From: the human T2T-CHM13v2.0 reference genome, Homo sapiens
Direction: 5' to 3' (one strand)
DNA length: 64,000 nucleotides
NCBI RefSeq assembly: GCF_009914755.1
Contig: NC_060927.1
Positions 29,350-43,095 of this stretch are shown piece after piece (position 1 is the stretch's first letter; every line of letters begins with the position of its first letter). A program made the translations under genes and the position numbers. The notes beneath the pieces are model-generated. The model searched no databases. It saw only the letters and a program-made list of their open reading frames with translations, and was not told the DNA's origin.

Positions 29350-29470
29350 AGTCTGAACTTTCTAAGGCAGGCAGAGATCATGTCCTATTACATCTTTGTC
29401 CTCAGAATTTAGCTCAAGGGCTGACATACACTAGAAGATGAAAAAACTATTGAATGAGTGAGTGAATGAT
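29350..29470 (+). mobile_element. L2 3' end
   Basis: aggcaggcagagatcatgtc...tattgaatgagtgagtgaatga. Confidence 0.7.
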
Positions 29471-29788
29471 CAAGAGCAAATATGAAAAAATAAGTGGATG
29501 ATCCATTTAGTAATGTGCCCAAGTCAAGAGATGGAAATCGACAAGTGACTTTGAGTTGGATTAGTGTTGTGACCACGAGTACCTCCATTTGTTCAGGTGA
29601 GCTACTTACTGAATCACAAGACTCCTGTAGGGAGAAAACATATAACTAAGAAAAACTAAGATGTATGCATTACTTTTTCATTGATAGCCTAGGCACTCTA
29701 AGTAAAATTATTTAACTCATTGTCGAGTCACATTAAACGTAAGACTTATTTCTTTCTAACTTACGAGTTTTTTAAAAATTGCAAATAA

Positions 29789-32700
29789 AAATTCAAAAGC
29801 TAACAGAAGACAAGAAACAACTAAGATCACAGCAGAACTGAAGGAGATAGAGACATGAAAAATGTTTCAAAAATTCAGTGAATCCAGGAGCTGGTTTTTT
29901 GAAAAGATTAACAAAATAGAGAGACTGCTAGCTAGACTAGTAAAGAAGAAAAGAAAGAGAGAAGAATAAAATAGACACAATAAAAATAATAAAGGGGATA
30001 TCACCACTGATCCCACAGAAATACAAACTACCACCAGAAAATACTATAAACACCTCTATGAAAAATCTAGAAGAAATGGATAAATTCCTGGCCACATACA
30101 TCATCCCAAGACTAAACCAGGAAGAAGTCAAATACCTGAATAGACCAATAACAAGTTCTGAAATTGAGACAGTAATTAATACGCTACCAACCAAAAAAAC
30201 CCCAGGACCAGATGGATTCAGAGCCGAATTCTACCAGATGTACAAAGAAGAGCTGGTGCCATTGTTTCAGAAACTATTCCAAACAATAGAAAAAGAGGGA
30301 ATCCTCCCTAACTCACCCTATGAGGCCAGCATCATCCTGATAACAAAACCTGGCAGAGACACAACAAAAAAGAAAATTTCAGGCCAATACTCCTGATGAA
30401 CATGGATGCGAAAATCCTCAATAAAATACTTGCAAACCGAATCTGGCAGCACATGAAAAAGCTTATCCACCACAATCAAGTTGGCTTCATCCCAGGGATG
30501 CAAGGCTGGTTCAACATATGCAAATCAATAAACATAATCCATCACATAAACAGAACTAATGACAAAAACCACATGATTATCCCAATAGATGCAGAAAACG
30601 CCTTCGATAAAATTCAACACCCCTTCATGCTAAAAACTCTCAATATACTAGGTACTGTTAGACCATATCTCAAAATAATAAGAGCTATTTATGACAAACC
30701 CGTAGCCAATATCATACCGAATGGGCAAAAGCTGGAAGCATTCCCTTTGAAAACTGGCAGAAGACAAGGATGCCCTCTCTCACCACTCCTATTCAGCATA
30801 GTATTGGAAGTTCTGGCCAGGGCAATCAGTCAAGAGAAAGAAATAAAGGGTATTCAAATGGAAAGAGAGGAAGTCAAATTGTCTCTGTTTGCAGATGACG
30901 TGATTTTATATTTAGAAAACACCATTGTCTCAGCGCAAAAACTCCTTATGCTGATAAGCAACTTGAGCAAAGTCCCAGGATGCAAAATCAATGTGCAAAA
31001 ATCACAATCATTCTTATACACCAACAAGACAAGCAGAGATTCAAATCGTGAGGGAACTCCCATACACAATTGCATGGGAGAATAAAATACCTAGGAATAC
31101 AACTTACAAGGGATGTGAAGGACCTCTTCAAGGAGGACTACAAACCAGTGCTCAGGGAAATAAGAGCAGACACAAACAAATGGAAAAACATTCCATGCTC
31201 ATGGGTAGGAAGAATCAATATAATGAAAATGGTGAAAATGGCCATACTGCCCAAAGTAATTTATAGATTCAATGCTATTCCTGTTAAGCTACGATTGACT
31301 TTCTTTGCAAAATTAGAAAAAAAGTACTTTAAATTTCATATAGAACCAAAAAAGAGCTTGTATAGCCAAGACAATCCTAAGCAAAATGAATGAAGCTGGA
31401 GGCATCACAATACCCGACTTTAAACTACACTACAAGGCTACAGTAACCAAAACAACATGGTACTGGTACCAAAACAGATATATAGACCAGTGGAACAGAA
31501 CAGAGGCCTCAGAAATAACACCACACATCTACAACCATCTGATCTTCAACAAACCTGACAAAAATAAGCAATGGGGAAAGGATTCCCTATTTAATAAATG
31601 GTGCTTGGAAAACTGGCTAGCCATATGCAGAAAACAGAATCTGGACCCCTTTCTTACACCTTATACAAAAATTAACTCATGATGGATTAAAAACTTAAAT
31701 GTAAAACCCCAAGTCATAAAAACCCTAGAAGAAAACCTAGGCAATACCATTCAGGACATAGGCATGGGCAAAGACTTCATGACTAAAACACTAAAAGCAA
31801 TTGCAACAAAGGCCAGAATTGACAGATTGGATCAAATCAAACTAAAGAGCTTCTGCACAGCAAAAGAAACTATCATCAGAGTGAACATGCAAACTACAGA
31901 ATGGGAGAAAATTTTTGCAATCTACCTATCTGACAAAGGTCTAATATCCAGAATGTACAAGGAACTTAAATTTACAAGAAAAAAACAACCCTATCAAAAA
32001 GTAGGCAAAGGATATGAACAGACACTTCCCAAAAGAAGACATTTATGCAGCCAACAAATATTAAAAAAAGGTCATCATCACTGGTCATTAGAGAAATGCA
32101 AATCGAAACCGCAATGAGATACCATCTCATGCCAGTTAGAATGGCAGTTATTAAAAAGTCAGGAAACAACAGATGCTGACATGGCTGTGGAAAAATAGGA
32201 ATGCTTTTACACTGTTGGTGGGAGTGTAAATTAGTTCAACCATTGTGGAAGACAGTGTGGCGATTCCTCAAGGATCTAGAACCAGAAATACCATTTGACC
32301 CAGCAATCGCATTACTGGGTATATACCCAAAGGATTATTAATCATGCTACTAAAAAGACACATGCACATGTATGTTTATTACAGCACTATTTACGATAGT
32401 AAAGACTTGGAACCAACCCCAATGTCCATCAATGATAGACTGGATAAAGAAAATCTGGCATATATACACCATGGAATACTATGCAGCCATAAAAAGAATG
32501 AGTTCATGTCCTTTGCGGGGACATGGATGAAGCTGGAAGCTATCATTCTCAGTAAACTCACACAAGAACAGAAAACCAAACACTGCATGTTCTCACTTAT
32601 AAATGGGAGTTGAACCATGAGAAAACATGGACACGGGGAGCGGAACATCACACACTGGGGGCCTGTTGGGGCAGGGGGGTAAGGGGAGGGAGAGGATTGG

Positions 32701-32841
32701 GACAAATACCTAACTCATGCGAGGCTTAAAACCTAGATGACGGGTCGATAGGTGCAGCAAGCCACCATGGCTCATGTATACCTATGTAACAAACCTGCAC
32801 GTTCTGCACATGTATCCCAGAACTTAAAATAACATCTAAAG
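29789..32841 (+). mobile_element. 5'-truncated L1PA (L1PA7/8-like) with disrupted ORF2 reverse transcriptase and 3'UTR
   Basis: Frameshifted ORF2 pieces at 30058-32117 ([48 protein letters not shown]); 3'UTR ends at tatcccagaacttaaa. Possible degenerate TSD aaaaattgcaaataa / aaaaatgtaaataa. Confidence 0.95.
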
Positions 32842-33444
32842 AAAAATGTAAATAATGTATATGCCAAATGATGCCGGCAATCGTGATGAAAGACATTCTT
32901 TTAAAATAAAAAAATAGTTTAACCTTATTTGAACACCCTCAACTCACTGTTGCACCTCTTCTTTGCTGTTTCTCTACCAAAGTCACCAGGTTAATATAAG
33001 AAATGAAGGCAAGACAGTATCACCTAGTTAGGTTCCTTCTCCAGCTAACATGGCATTAATAAACTGATTTTCATTATGATATATACACACACAGCACACC
33101 ACTTTTCTCCAAGCTAATATTAAGGATCACAGTTTACCAAAAGTTGTGCAGCCTGTTCTCTTTGGAAAGCCTCTCTTTGGAAAGACTAGGATGAAATAAA
33201 TCTACTATATGCCATCCTTCACTTAGACTGACAGAATTTTAATGTATAGCAGAATTTTTTTTTAAGTGCCAATGTAGAGCTGACTGCTTCCTCTATAACA
33301 CATAAAATGCATATGGCTTTACAGGGCCAGTTTTCTGTACAATTGACATTGGACAATTTAGGAATAAATGTAGATTCAAGCAAAACAGCACACAAGAGAA
33401 CATTTTGTATCAAAGTTGTGGCTTTTCACTTTATGTGTTAAATA

Positions 33445-34300
33445 TATATATATATTTTATTATACTTTAAGTTCTAGGGTACATGTGCACAACGTGCAGG
33501 TTTGTTACATACGTATACATGTGCCATGTTGGTTTGCTGCACCCATCAGCTTGTCATTTACATTAGGTATTTCTCCTAATGCTATCCCTCCCCTACCGCC
33601 CCACCCCCCAACCCCCTGACAGGCCCCAGTGTGTGATGTTGCCCGCCCTGTGTCCAAGTGATCTCATTGTTCAGTTCCCACCTATGAGTGAGAACATGCG
33701 GTGTTTGGTTTTCTGTTCCTGTGTTAGTTTGCTGAAAATGGTTTCCAGCTTCATCCATGTCCCTGAAAAGGACATGAACTCATCCTTTTTATGTCTGCAT
33801 AGTATTCCATGGTGTATATGTGCCACATTTTCTTAATCCTGTCTATCATTGATGGACATTTGGGTTGATTCCAAGTCTTTGCTATTGTGAATAGTGCCGC
33901 AATAAACATACGCGTGCATGTGTCTTTATAGTAGCATGATTTATAATCTTTTGGGTATATACCCAGTAATAGGATTGCTGGATCAAATGCTATTTCTAGT
34001 TCTAGATGCTTGAGGAATCGCCACACTGTCTTCTACAATGGTTGAACTAATTTACACTCCCACCAACGGTGTAAAAGCGTTCCTATTTCTCCACATCCTC
34101 CCCAGCATCTGTTGTTTCCTGACTTTTTAATGATCACCATTCTAACTGGCATGAGATGGTATCTCATTGTGGTTTTGATTTGTATTTCTCTGATGACTAA
34201 CAATGATGAGAATTTTTTAATTGGGAAAAACTACTTCAAAGTTCATATGGAACCAAAAAAGAGCCCTCATAGCCAAGACAATCCTAAGCAAAAAAGAACA
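33445..34300 (-). mobile_element. L1PA (L1PA6/7-like) 3' end with an inverted ~80-bp ORF2 segment (34221-34300)
   Basis: Antisense 3'UTR from ttattatactttaagttctaggg to about 34220, then sense ggaaaaactacttcaaagttcatatggaaccaaaaaagagcc. Confidence 0.92.
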
Positions 34301-36223
34301 ATTGAATTATAGAACAATAAGAAGAACAACAAAAAGAACAATAAGAATTATAACCTCAGCTTTCTCACATGTAAAATGGGGCTATCTACCTCAAGGGCTA
34401 AGGAATATAAACATAATGAATTTAAATGATTTTAAAGCATAGTATTTTTTCATATAGTAGGCAGTATAAATACTAGATAATATCATACCATAAAAAGGTA
34501 AAGGTAATGATATATATCTTACCTAACAACAAATAGTTTATATAAAATGATATTAATGTTAATCTTATATGGCAATGGATAATTTTAGTACAAGTATGTC
34601 TTATGTATTATTCATGATATACTAAAAATAGTATTTGTTGTTTATCAAAAATTTAAATTTAACAAGATGTCTTCTATTTTATTGGGCAGCCTTAATATAT
34701 ATGACACAGTGTTTGTCAAGTGAGCTCTGTTGCATAATTCCAGGAGTCATCATTTGTGCTGTGTTCTGGGCGGGGGGCGGGGATGTCAGTAGACTACAAT
34801 GAGAATGGTTGTCTTTGAGTGGAACTCAATGCCCCTAATATCTTTTACATTTCAATGGTATGTTTTTGTATGTTTACCAAAGGTGAATCTAGGTGAGCCT
34901 CAGCAAGCCTAAGCTGTCATATTCTAGGCAGAAGATATAAAAATGTTTTGCATCTGTTCTATATTTGTATGTGTTATGGTGATTATTTCAGAAGTAATTA
35001 GTAGTGTATCATAGTAAACCTATGGCTGTCTTCATGTCATTTCCACAGTTCCATAGTTGTTTGGGGCATCATAGTCTTTATCGATAAATCAGTTACAGCT
35101 TTCTATCTCAGAGTTCATAGCAGGTGGATAAAATAGACATTCCTGGGGAACCTCTTTCTGAGCAGTGAATTAAACTCTGAGATTTGTTTACAATATTGAG
35201 TAGTTCTCTATAGTTTTGTTTCCTGTTCTCATTTTTGACCATCAGGACCACGAGTACAAAACAATATATATTTGTGATATGGTAATATATTAAAATAAAA
35301 CTATAGAGAGATCTCAATATTGTAAAATGTTAATTTAGCATTTTCTCACAGGAGAAACCATCACATCAGGGCTGATAACTGGTGATACTGAGCTCAAGTT
35401 CATGAGGTGTATATGGAGGGAGAAATCAAGGAAAGCCAGAGATCCAATCTGGCCACCTGTTCCAGGACCAAAGGTAACTTAAATTTAGTCATAAAGGCTG
35501 GAGATCCTCATGGAATCATTCACTGCCTAACTCAATTGAAGGCTCCTCAATTGATCTTGAAATAAAAGCCAGCCCAAGCCTTAAAGAATAGCCTAAATGA
35601 TCAGTGGTTCAACACTGGGCATTGTTTCACAATCAGGTCCCTGCTGAGTTTGTTCTCCAGAATTAAACCTTCCAATTGAACCTGAGGACATGAACTCCAG
35701 TTGCTGACACTGTGCTTACATTATATCCGAAATAAGTAAATGCTTCTTTTTAAAAAAGTATTTCTTGGGGACATTGTTCTTAGTGTTTCTTATCTTAGGG
35801 AAATTGTTCTTATTTTTGTTTTGGAAGGAAAAAATTGGCAGTCACCTTCCTCTAACTGAATCACCATGCAGAACTAACAAAAGAGAAATCACCTTTTCTC
35901 TTTTAGTAGAGACAGAAGACAATTGAAAATATAGAGGCACCTTCACTGCTTAGCAAACAGGACAGAGGGCATGTTTTTAGGTACCATTTAAGGGTGAAAG
36001 CCTACTTCTTTGCAGTCCTTCTTTACTCTTCCCTTTGGTCTTTAATGCCTTACCTTGGATGTTTGCTTCTGGAGCGCCTGTCTTGAGGTAAGGCATCTTA
36101 CTTTGCCTAGTCAGAGGCACTGGCTTTGTGTCCAGGGAATGCAGAAGTCCTAGTGGGAAGTTCAGAGCTGATCGTATGTCCTCATTTCTTCATAGCAATA
36201 TAGATTTGACAAAACTAACACAT

Positions 36224-36986
36224 TGTATTAGTCAGGGTTCTTCAGAGAAACAGAACCAATAGGATGTCTCTACCTCACTCCCTCTCGTGCACTCTGTCAC
36301 TCTGTCTCCCTCTCTCCCCACTGCAAGTCTCTCTCTGTCCTTCTGTCCATCTCCCTCTCTTCCTCTATCCCTCCATCTTTCCCTCTGTCTCCCATTTCCC
36401 TCTCTCCCCATCTCCCCCTCTGTACCTCCGTCCCTTTACCTTAATCTCTCACTCCCTCTCTTTTTCTCTCCCTCTCTCCCTCCATCTGTCCCTCTCCTCC
36501 TCCCTCTCTGCCTTCCTTCCTCTCTCCTCCACATCACTCTATCTTACCCCTCCCCTCTTTATTGTATGAACTTGACTCATGAGATTATGGAGGCAACAAG
36601 TCCTAAGATCTTCTGTTGGCAGCTGGAGTCCTAGGAGAGCCCACATGGTTGTTCCAGTCTACAGGCTGTCAGGTTCAAGACTCAAGAAGGGCTGATATTT
36701 CAGTCACGGTCTGAAGACAGGAAAATGTAATTCCAGCTCAAAGGCAGTCAGACGGGAGGAAGTCTTTCTTAACTCTGGGGAGGATCAGCCTTTTTGTTTT
36801 ATTCAAGTCTTCATCTGATTGGGTGAGGGCCACCCACATTGAGGAGAGCAATCTGTTTCACACAGTGTATCAATTTAAACGTTAAACTCATTCAAAAATA
36901 GCCCCATAGAAACACCCAGAAAATGGTTTGACCAATCTGGGCACACTGTGTCTCAGTCAAGTTGACACATAAAATTAACTATCACA
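36224..36986 (-). mobile_element. MLT2 (ERVL) LTR containing a CT-rich tract
   Basis: tgtattagtcagggttcttcagagaaacagaaccaatagg...cagtcaagttgacacataaaattaactatcaca; 5-bp TSD cacat/caaat. Confidence 0.9.
36265..36560 (+). repeat. CT-rich low-complexity polypyrimidine tract
   Basis: About 295 nt dominated by C and T (ctctctccc, tccctc units). Confidence 0.92.
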
Positions 36987-37789
36987 CAAATATATAATAC
37001 TGAAGCAAGTATGGCTAAAACAGCAGGCTTCCATCGGTTCTCATCTAGAGGTGCAGTAACTATCACCAGAAAAGTGAGGACATCTTTGTTCGAATTAGTG
37101 TTAAACTAATTCCAAAATATCTGATGCCTTTAGGGCAGTTTGTTAACATGGAATGCTCTGATTCCCTGTTTTCAAAGTGAGAAAAAACATTTAGTTTTTA
37201 TTATTATTAATTTTTAAATTGCTGCAGCATATAAAATAGACTGTTCCATTAAAAAAATCTTGCTCCCTTGCATCCACATTAATTTTCTTTTCTACAGGTG
37301 AGAGTCACTGAATAACGATATTTATAGGCAATCTCTAGAATTGGTGTAGTGTAGTAAAAAGTACTACATCAAGTCAAACAATATCCCTTATGATATTGCT
37401 TATTCACTTACTAACTTAAAATATAGGACCCAGTTTTCTCATTTGTATTTTTTGGAATAATAACTCTTTCCCTATCTACCTTATGAGATAGATAAAGGGC
37501 CACATGATATAAAATGACTCTGAAACATTTAAAATATTAAAAACTCTGCTCCATGTAAGGTAATATTATTATCTTTAGTCTATATATACATCTTTCTCAA
37601 TGTTTTTAAAAAATATCTATAGTTGCATGCTTGCTTTAGAGTTGTTTCATACCTCTTCAGGGTATTTCTAAATGTTTTGTCACCACTGCTCAAGATAATT
37701 CATCTTGAGATAGCATTTTTTCACCCAGTAGTTAAAAAATTTCTATAAATTCGTTATACACAATTTTGTGACTTAAAAGCTCTTGGAAT

Positions 37790-39012
37790 AATCATGGAGG
37801 TGCACGTATCTTTTTCATATAGTTATTTCCTTTTTTTTTTTGGATACTTAGTAATGGGATTGCTGGGTCACATGTTAGTATTTTTAGTTTTCTGAGGACC
37901 CTCATACTGTTTTCCATAATGGCTATACTAATTTACATTCTGACTAAAAGTGTATACGAGTTCCCTTTTTTCAACGTCCTCACCAGCATTGGTTATTTTT
38001 TATTTTTTCTGATAATAGGCATTCTAATAGGGGTGAGATGATATATCATCGTGGTTTTGATTTGCATTTCCCTGATGATTAGTGATGTTGAGTATATTTC
38101 TCATATATCTGTTGGCCATTATGAATAGTTGGCAGATGAATAGTATGCAAATATTTTTGCCCATTCTGCAGGTTGTCTCCTTACTCGGTTGATTGTTTCC
38201 TTTTAGTTGGATACAGTCCCATTAGCCCGTTTTTGCTTTTGTTGCCTGTGCTTTTGAAGTCTTATCCACAAAAAATCTTTGTCCAGACCAATATCCTAAA
38301 CCCTTTCCCTTATGTAGTCTTCTAGTAGTTTACAGTTTGGGGGTCTTACATTTAAGTCTTTAAGCCGTTTTGAGATTTTGAGTTGATTTTTGTATATGGT
38401 GAATGATAGGGGTCTAGTTTCATTATTCTGTATGTGGATATCCAGTTTTTATAGCACCATTTAAAAATTTAGTATGTGTACACACACACCCACACACACA
38501 CACACAGTGGAATACTATTTAGTCATAAAAGAGAATAAAATTCTGTCATGCATGACAACATAGATGAGCCTGGAGGATATTATGTTAAGTGAAACAAGTC
38601 AGGCACACAGGAAGATAAATACCACATGTTCTCACTCATATGCAGGAGCTAAAAAACTTGAACTCATAGAAGCAGAGAGTAGAACTATGGTTACTAGAGG
38701 CTAGGAAGAGTAGCAGGAAGTGGGGATATGGGGCTCTTTTGATAACCAGGTACAAAATTACAGCTAGTGAGGATAAATAAGTTCTAGAGTTTTATGGCAC
38801 TGTAGGATGACTATAATTAACAATAATTTATTGCATATTTTTAAATACCTAGAAGAAAGGAGCTTGAATGTTCCCAACACAAAGAAATAATAAATGTTTG
38901 AGGTTATGAATATGCTAATGACCCTGATTCAATCATTACACTTGTATTCATATATCAAAATATCACTTTGCACCACATACATTTGTACAATTATTACTGG
39001 CCAATTAAAAAT
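37790..39012 (+). mobile_element. L1MA-type element: sense 3'UTR (about 38463-39012) with an inverted 5' segment (about 37790-38462)
   Basis: Antisense ORF2 end (gggattgctgggtca, gtggttttgatttgcatttccctgatgattag) switches to sense gtggaatactatttagtcataaaa...cccaacacaaagaaataataaatgtttgagg. Confidence 0.85.
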
Positions 39013-40683
39013 GTTTTTTAAAAAGGGTTCGATAGTATATAAAGTAAGCAAGAACTAATCACTCACTGAGACCCATAGGGTGTTCCATTATGAAAAGAAA
39101 TAGTAGGAATATATTCCCATAAAGCAGTTCTACTCAAAGTTTGTTACTTGATACCTATCCACAATGAAATATGTACAGAAATTGAGAGAACGCATTTAAA
39201 ATCTTTTATAACAATTAACATTAACATAATATCAAATGCAATATGTAATTTGGTGTCCGTTGAGTGTAATGATGAAAAGTTGGACTTGCATTTTGCATAT
39301 CCTTTTATTTTATTTTCTATTAATTTATTTTTCTTATATTCTACAAATATATTGATCCATGGCATATTGGAAATAAAAACAGTTCACACTCCAGGTAGCT
39401 TAAGAAATTACTCTAAAATCTCAACTTCATGCTAGTACTGTAGCTACTTCCAGAGCATTTAAATGTCATTCCATCAAATGTGAATGTTAGCAGATTGTTG
39501 TTAAGTTTTAAAATTGTGTTCTACTAATAGCCTTTTTCAGAATTATGTTTCTATAATAGCCATAATGCATATTCAAAAACCCAGACGTAACCTTTGATCT
39601 AGATAGGGCAGTGTTTTCTTGTCCTCTACAAGTATTCATTTGCTTAGCCACCTTGAAAGGTTCTGAAGTTCTGAAATTGTCTTAAACTGCTCAAAAGCAA
39701 ATGAATGACAATAAATCTGATTTTGACAGCATACATACACTAAAAACCTGAGAAAAAGGAAGTCATTTCAGAGAAAGTAAATTATTTACATATTTTTGCG
39801 TAAGATGACAGATCTGGGCTCCCATTAACAATGGAGAGGATACTTTTCTAACTTTTAATGAGCTTTTGACAAAACTAAATAATAAACCAAGAAATCCTTG
39901 TACAAATGAAAAAATGTAGAAACAGACCAAAATGGGGGAGTTACTTATAGTGACATGGACAGTTATATGTAATAGATGTATGAATTGTAGTCATATACTT
40001 TTACAATCTAATATACACTGCACAATATTCATTCAATGACTGTGTGTAGAATACTAGCTAAGGCTAGGAACTCTTTTTTCATAGCCTTCACTCTTTGACT
40101 CAAGCTTATTGACGAATAGGCAAAAGTGAATAAAACAAGGAACTCAGATATATTTATTTTTGTCTCTATAATATTCTTTTGAACCACAACCTATTTATTA
40201 ATCATTGGATTTTAAGAATAAAGTCAGTGTTGTAAATTGGCAATAACATCAGATTATCATCTATTTCTAGCCTGTTCCTCTAGCTGAGTGGCCTTGGGCA
40301 AGTCATAATCTCACCACTAGCTTCTGCTTTTTTCCATCTGTTAGATAACAAGATTGGATAAGATGCCACCTTAGGTCCATTCAGGAGATTTGGCCATAAA
40401 AATTTAAGTTAAAAAATTATAAAAAGATCTTTTTGATTGCAGTTATCTTGTGAAAAACTTTTCCGGAAAATTAAAAGGAAAGAGTTCTTTGTTTCATAGT
40501 GCCAATGAACCTTTTGAAAATGACCATCCATTTACATAAACCTGATATATAAATAAAATTGAAAGTAAAAATATAAATGTATGTACTATTTTAAAGTTTA
40601 TTTTATGCATAATTTAAATTCTATTTTCAACCAATATATTCAAGACTAATACTGCATTCATTTCAAAGAACAGAATTACTTAA

Positions 40684-40777
40684 ATAACACTCCCCAATGT
40701 CATATTCTTTCTGTGAATACAAATTAAAGAACGACACTATCCAATGTGCTACTGTCTCTGTGAATACAAATTAAAGA
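40684..40777. repeat. 47-bp tandem duplication
   Basis: 40684-40730 and 40731-40777; the last 21 nt (tctgtgaatacaaattaaaga) are identical. Confidence 0.85.
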
Positions 40778-41363
40778 GTTGGCCTTGTTGTTTGAATTTG
40801 GATTCAGAAAATAGCTTACCAGGCAATCCCTTATGTACTAAGCTCTGCGTATTTATGGTACACCATTTTGAGCAGCTGCAATGCATTCAATACTCAGGGA
40901 ATTTGGAAATGATTTTGAATTTGGATAAACTGGTGCACTGACGCCTGGAGAAAATTCTAAGGTCTGTACAGTACCCTGAGACAATGGCGTAGACTGTAAT
41001 TATTAACCTGATCAAGGGCAAAGGGGGTATTGAATATTGAGCAAATTCCAACCCATTCATAGGACTGTCATGTGCTGTGGCCCACTCATTGGTAGGCTCT
41101 GGGTTGATGAGGAACTCCAAAGCTCTGGGGCATGTATTTCTTGTATAACTTGAGTAGTTCTAGACATGTGGGACTCAGAAATCACATCATAAGAAAGTTG
41201 TTCATTTCTCAATTCTCCTTTAATTCTGATTCTTCCCAGTAAAAAGACTCAGTCTGGTGCTAGTGTGCTTCTAACACTTCCATTAATTATGAATTCCCTT
41301 TGCAACAGAGAGTGAAGCGGGAGCACCAAAGCCTTCTGCAAACAGTATCTAGCTATAATTTGA

Positions 41364-41739
<376 letters not shown>

Positions 41740-41869
41740 TACAAAGTTATTTTTTAAAATAGATTTATTTAAGCCCCAGAGGTATGTTTATTTAGAAAAA
41801 TTTTAAAATAAGTAACAACCTATGACTGTCAAAAATTTCTAACATTTGGTGTTTCAAATAATTGAAGCT

Positions 41870-42140
41870 TGAGAAACATTGGACTTGTGGAAAATACACT
41901 GAGCTGGAAGATAGGAAAATTAGTCACTAAATCTAATTTTAGCCCTGTCACTAATTATTAGATTGTCCTTGGGCAAGATTGAATCTTTCATGTCTCCATT
42001 TCCTCATTATCCAGTAAGTGTAGTAATATTTGCCAAACTACTTTTGGAGCGACAATGTGAAGATTAAAATTAAATGATGAATGGTGAAATACTATGAACC
42101 TTGGAAGTTATACGTAGATAAGGTTCATTATTATGTAACT
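41870..42140 (+). mobile_element. MIR
   Basis: gtcactaatt...gtccttgggcaag...tttcctcat. Confidence 0.6.
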
Positions 42141-42294
42141 GAAATGTCCCCTTTTTTTTTATTTACCACTTCACAAAAACAAAAACAAAAACAAGATCAA
42201 AACCATTTAAAGAATAATAATATTATCTCTGTTTTTTCTCTAGGACCATTAACAGTTACTGGTGGTGATATTGATGATGGTGGTGGTGATAGTG

Positions 42295-42296
<2 letters not shown>

Positions 42297-42326
<30 letters not shown>
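42297..42326. repeat. (GT)15 microsatellite
   Basis: Perfect dinucleotide run. Confidence 0.95.
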
Positions 42327-42328
<2 letters not shown>

Positions 42329-43095
42329 ATATGTATGTCTGTGACAGAGAAAGAGAGAGGGAGATTAACTTCACTCATTCAGTTTCTATATGTAAACTAT
42401 TCCTAAATATTAAGGCTCTAGTCATCTTTTCCAGATTGATTATATTTTATTTTTGCTATTTCCCACGGTGCTAAAAAGCTTGAAAAGTAAACTGTGTTTA
42501 AAATGAAACTAATAATACATCATATTCACTCCAAGTTTTAATAAAAATATCACAATCTATCTGAATATTTAGTTGTTAAAAATACAGAAATTTAGTTGCA
42601 TACAAAAATTATTTCTTGACCTGAAACAACATTTGGATTCTTGTTTATTCTACTTGTTTATTGTTTTTAAAACCGTAAATATCTAATAATATGATATCTT
42701 TTCACAAAAGATATTTTACTGTTACATAATACCATTTTCTATAGACTTCAGGATTTCTTTTTCTAATTTAATGTCTGGCTTATCCTTGAAGCTAAGGTTT
42801 TTGTTTAGTTAAAATATAATAGTTCAATTAAATATCTGGTACATTTTGATATTAATGACTAATCTGTCAAGTTTTTGACTGTTTTATTTGAGACATAAAT
42901 ACAACTAAGTTCTAAATTATTAATTCATTATATAAAATAGAGAAAATTGATACACACAGAAATAATGCTAGTAATTGTGGTTTGGTTTCCCATTCTATTA
43001 AGCAAAGCTTATTTAAGCATTATTGGTGCTGAATTAGGAGATGATAGACATCATAATCTTATTTGTATATAAATGTTTAGGCTTGGTCTAGGATG

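Noticed and set aside
30058-32117. ORFs with reverse transcriptase motifs
   Set aside because: Frameshifted, 5'-truncated L1 ORF2 remnants; not a gene or a novel RT system.
36264-36634. Ser/Leu/Pro-rich ORFs
   Set aside because: Artefacts of the stop-free CT-rich tract.
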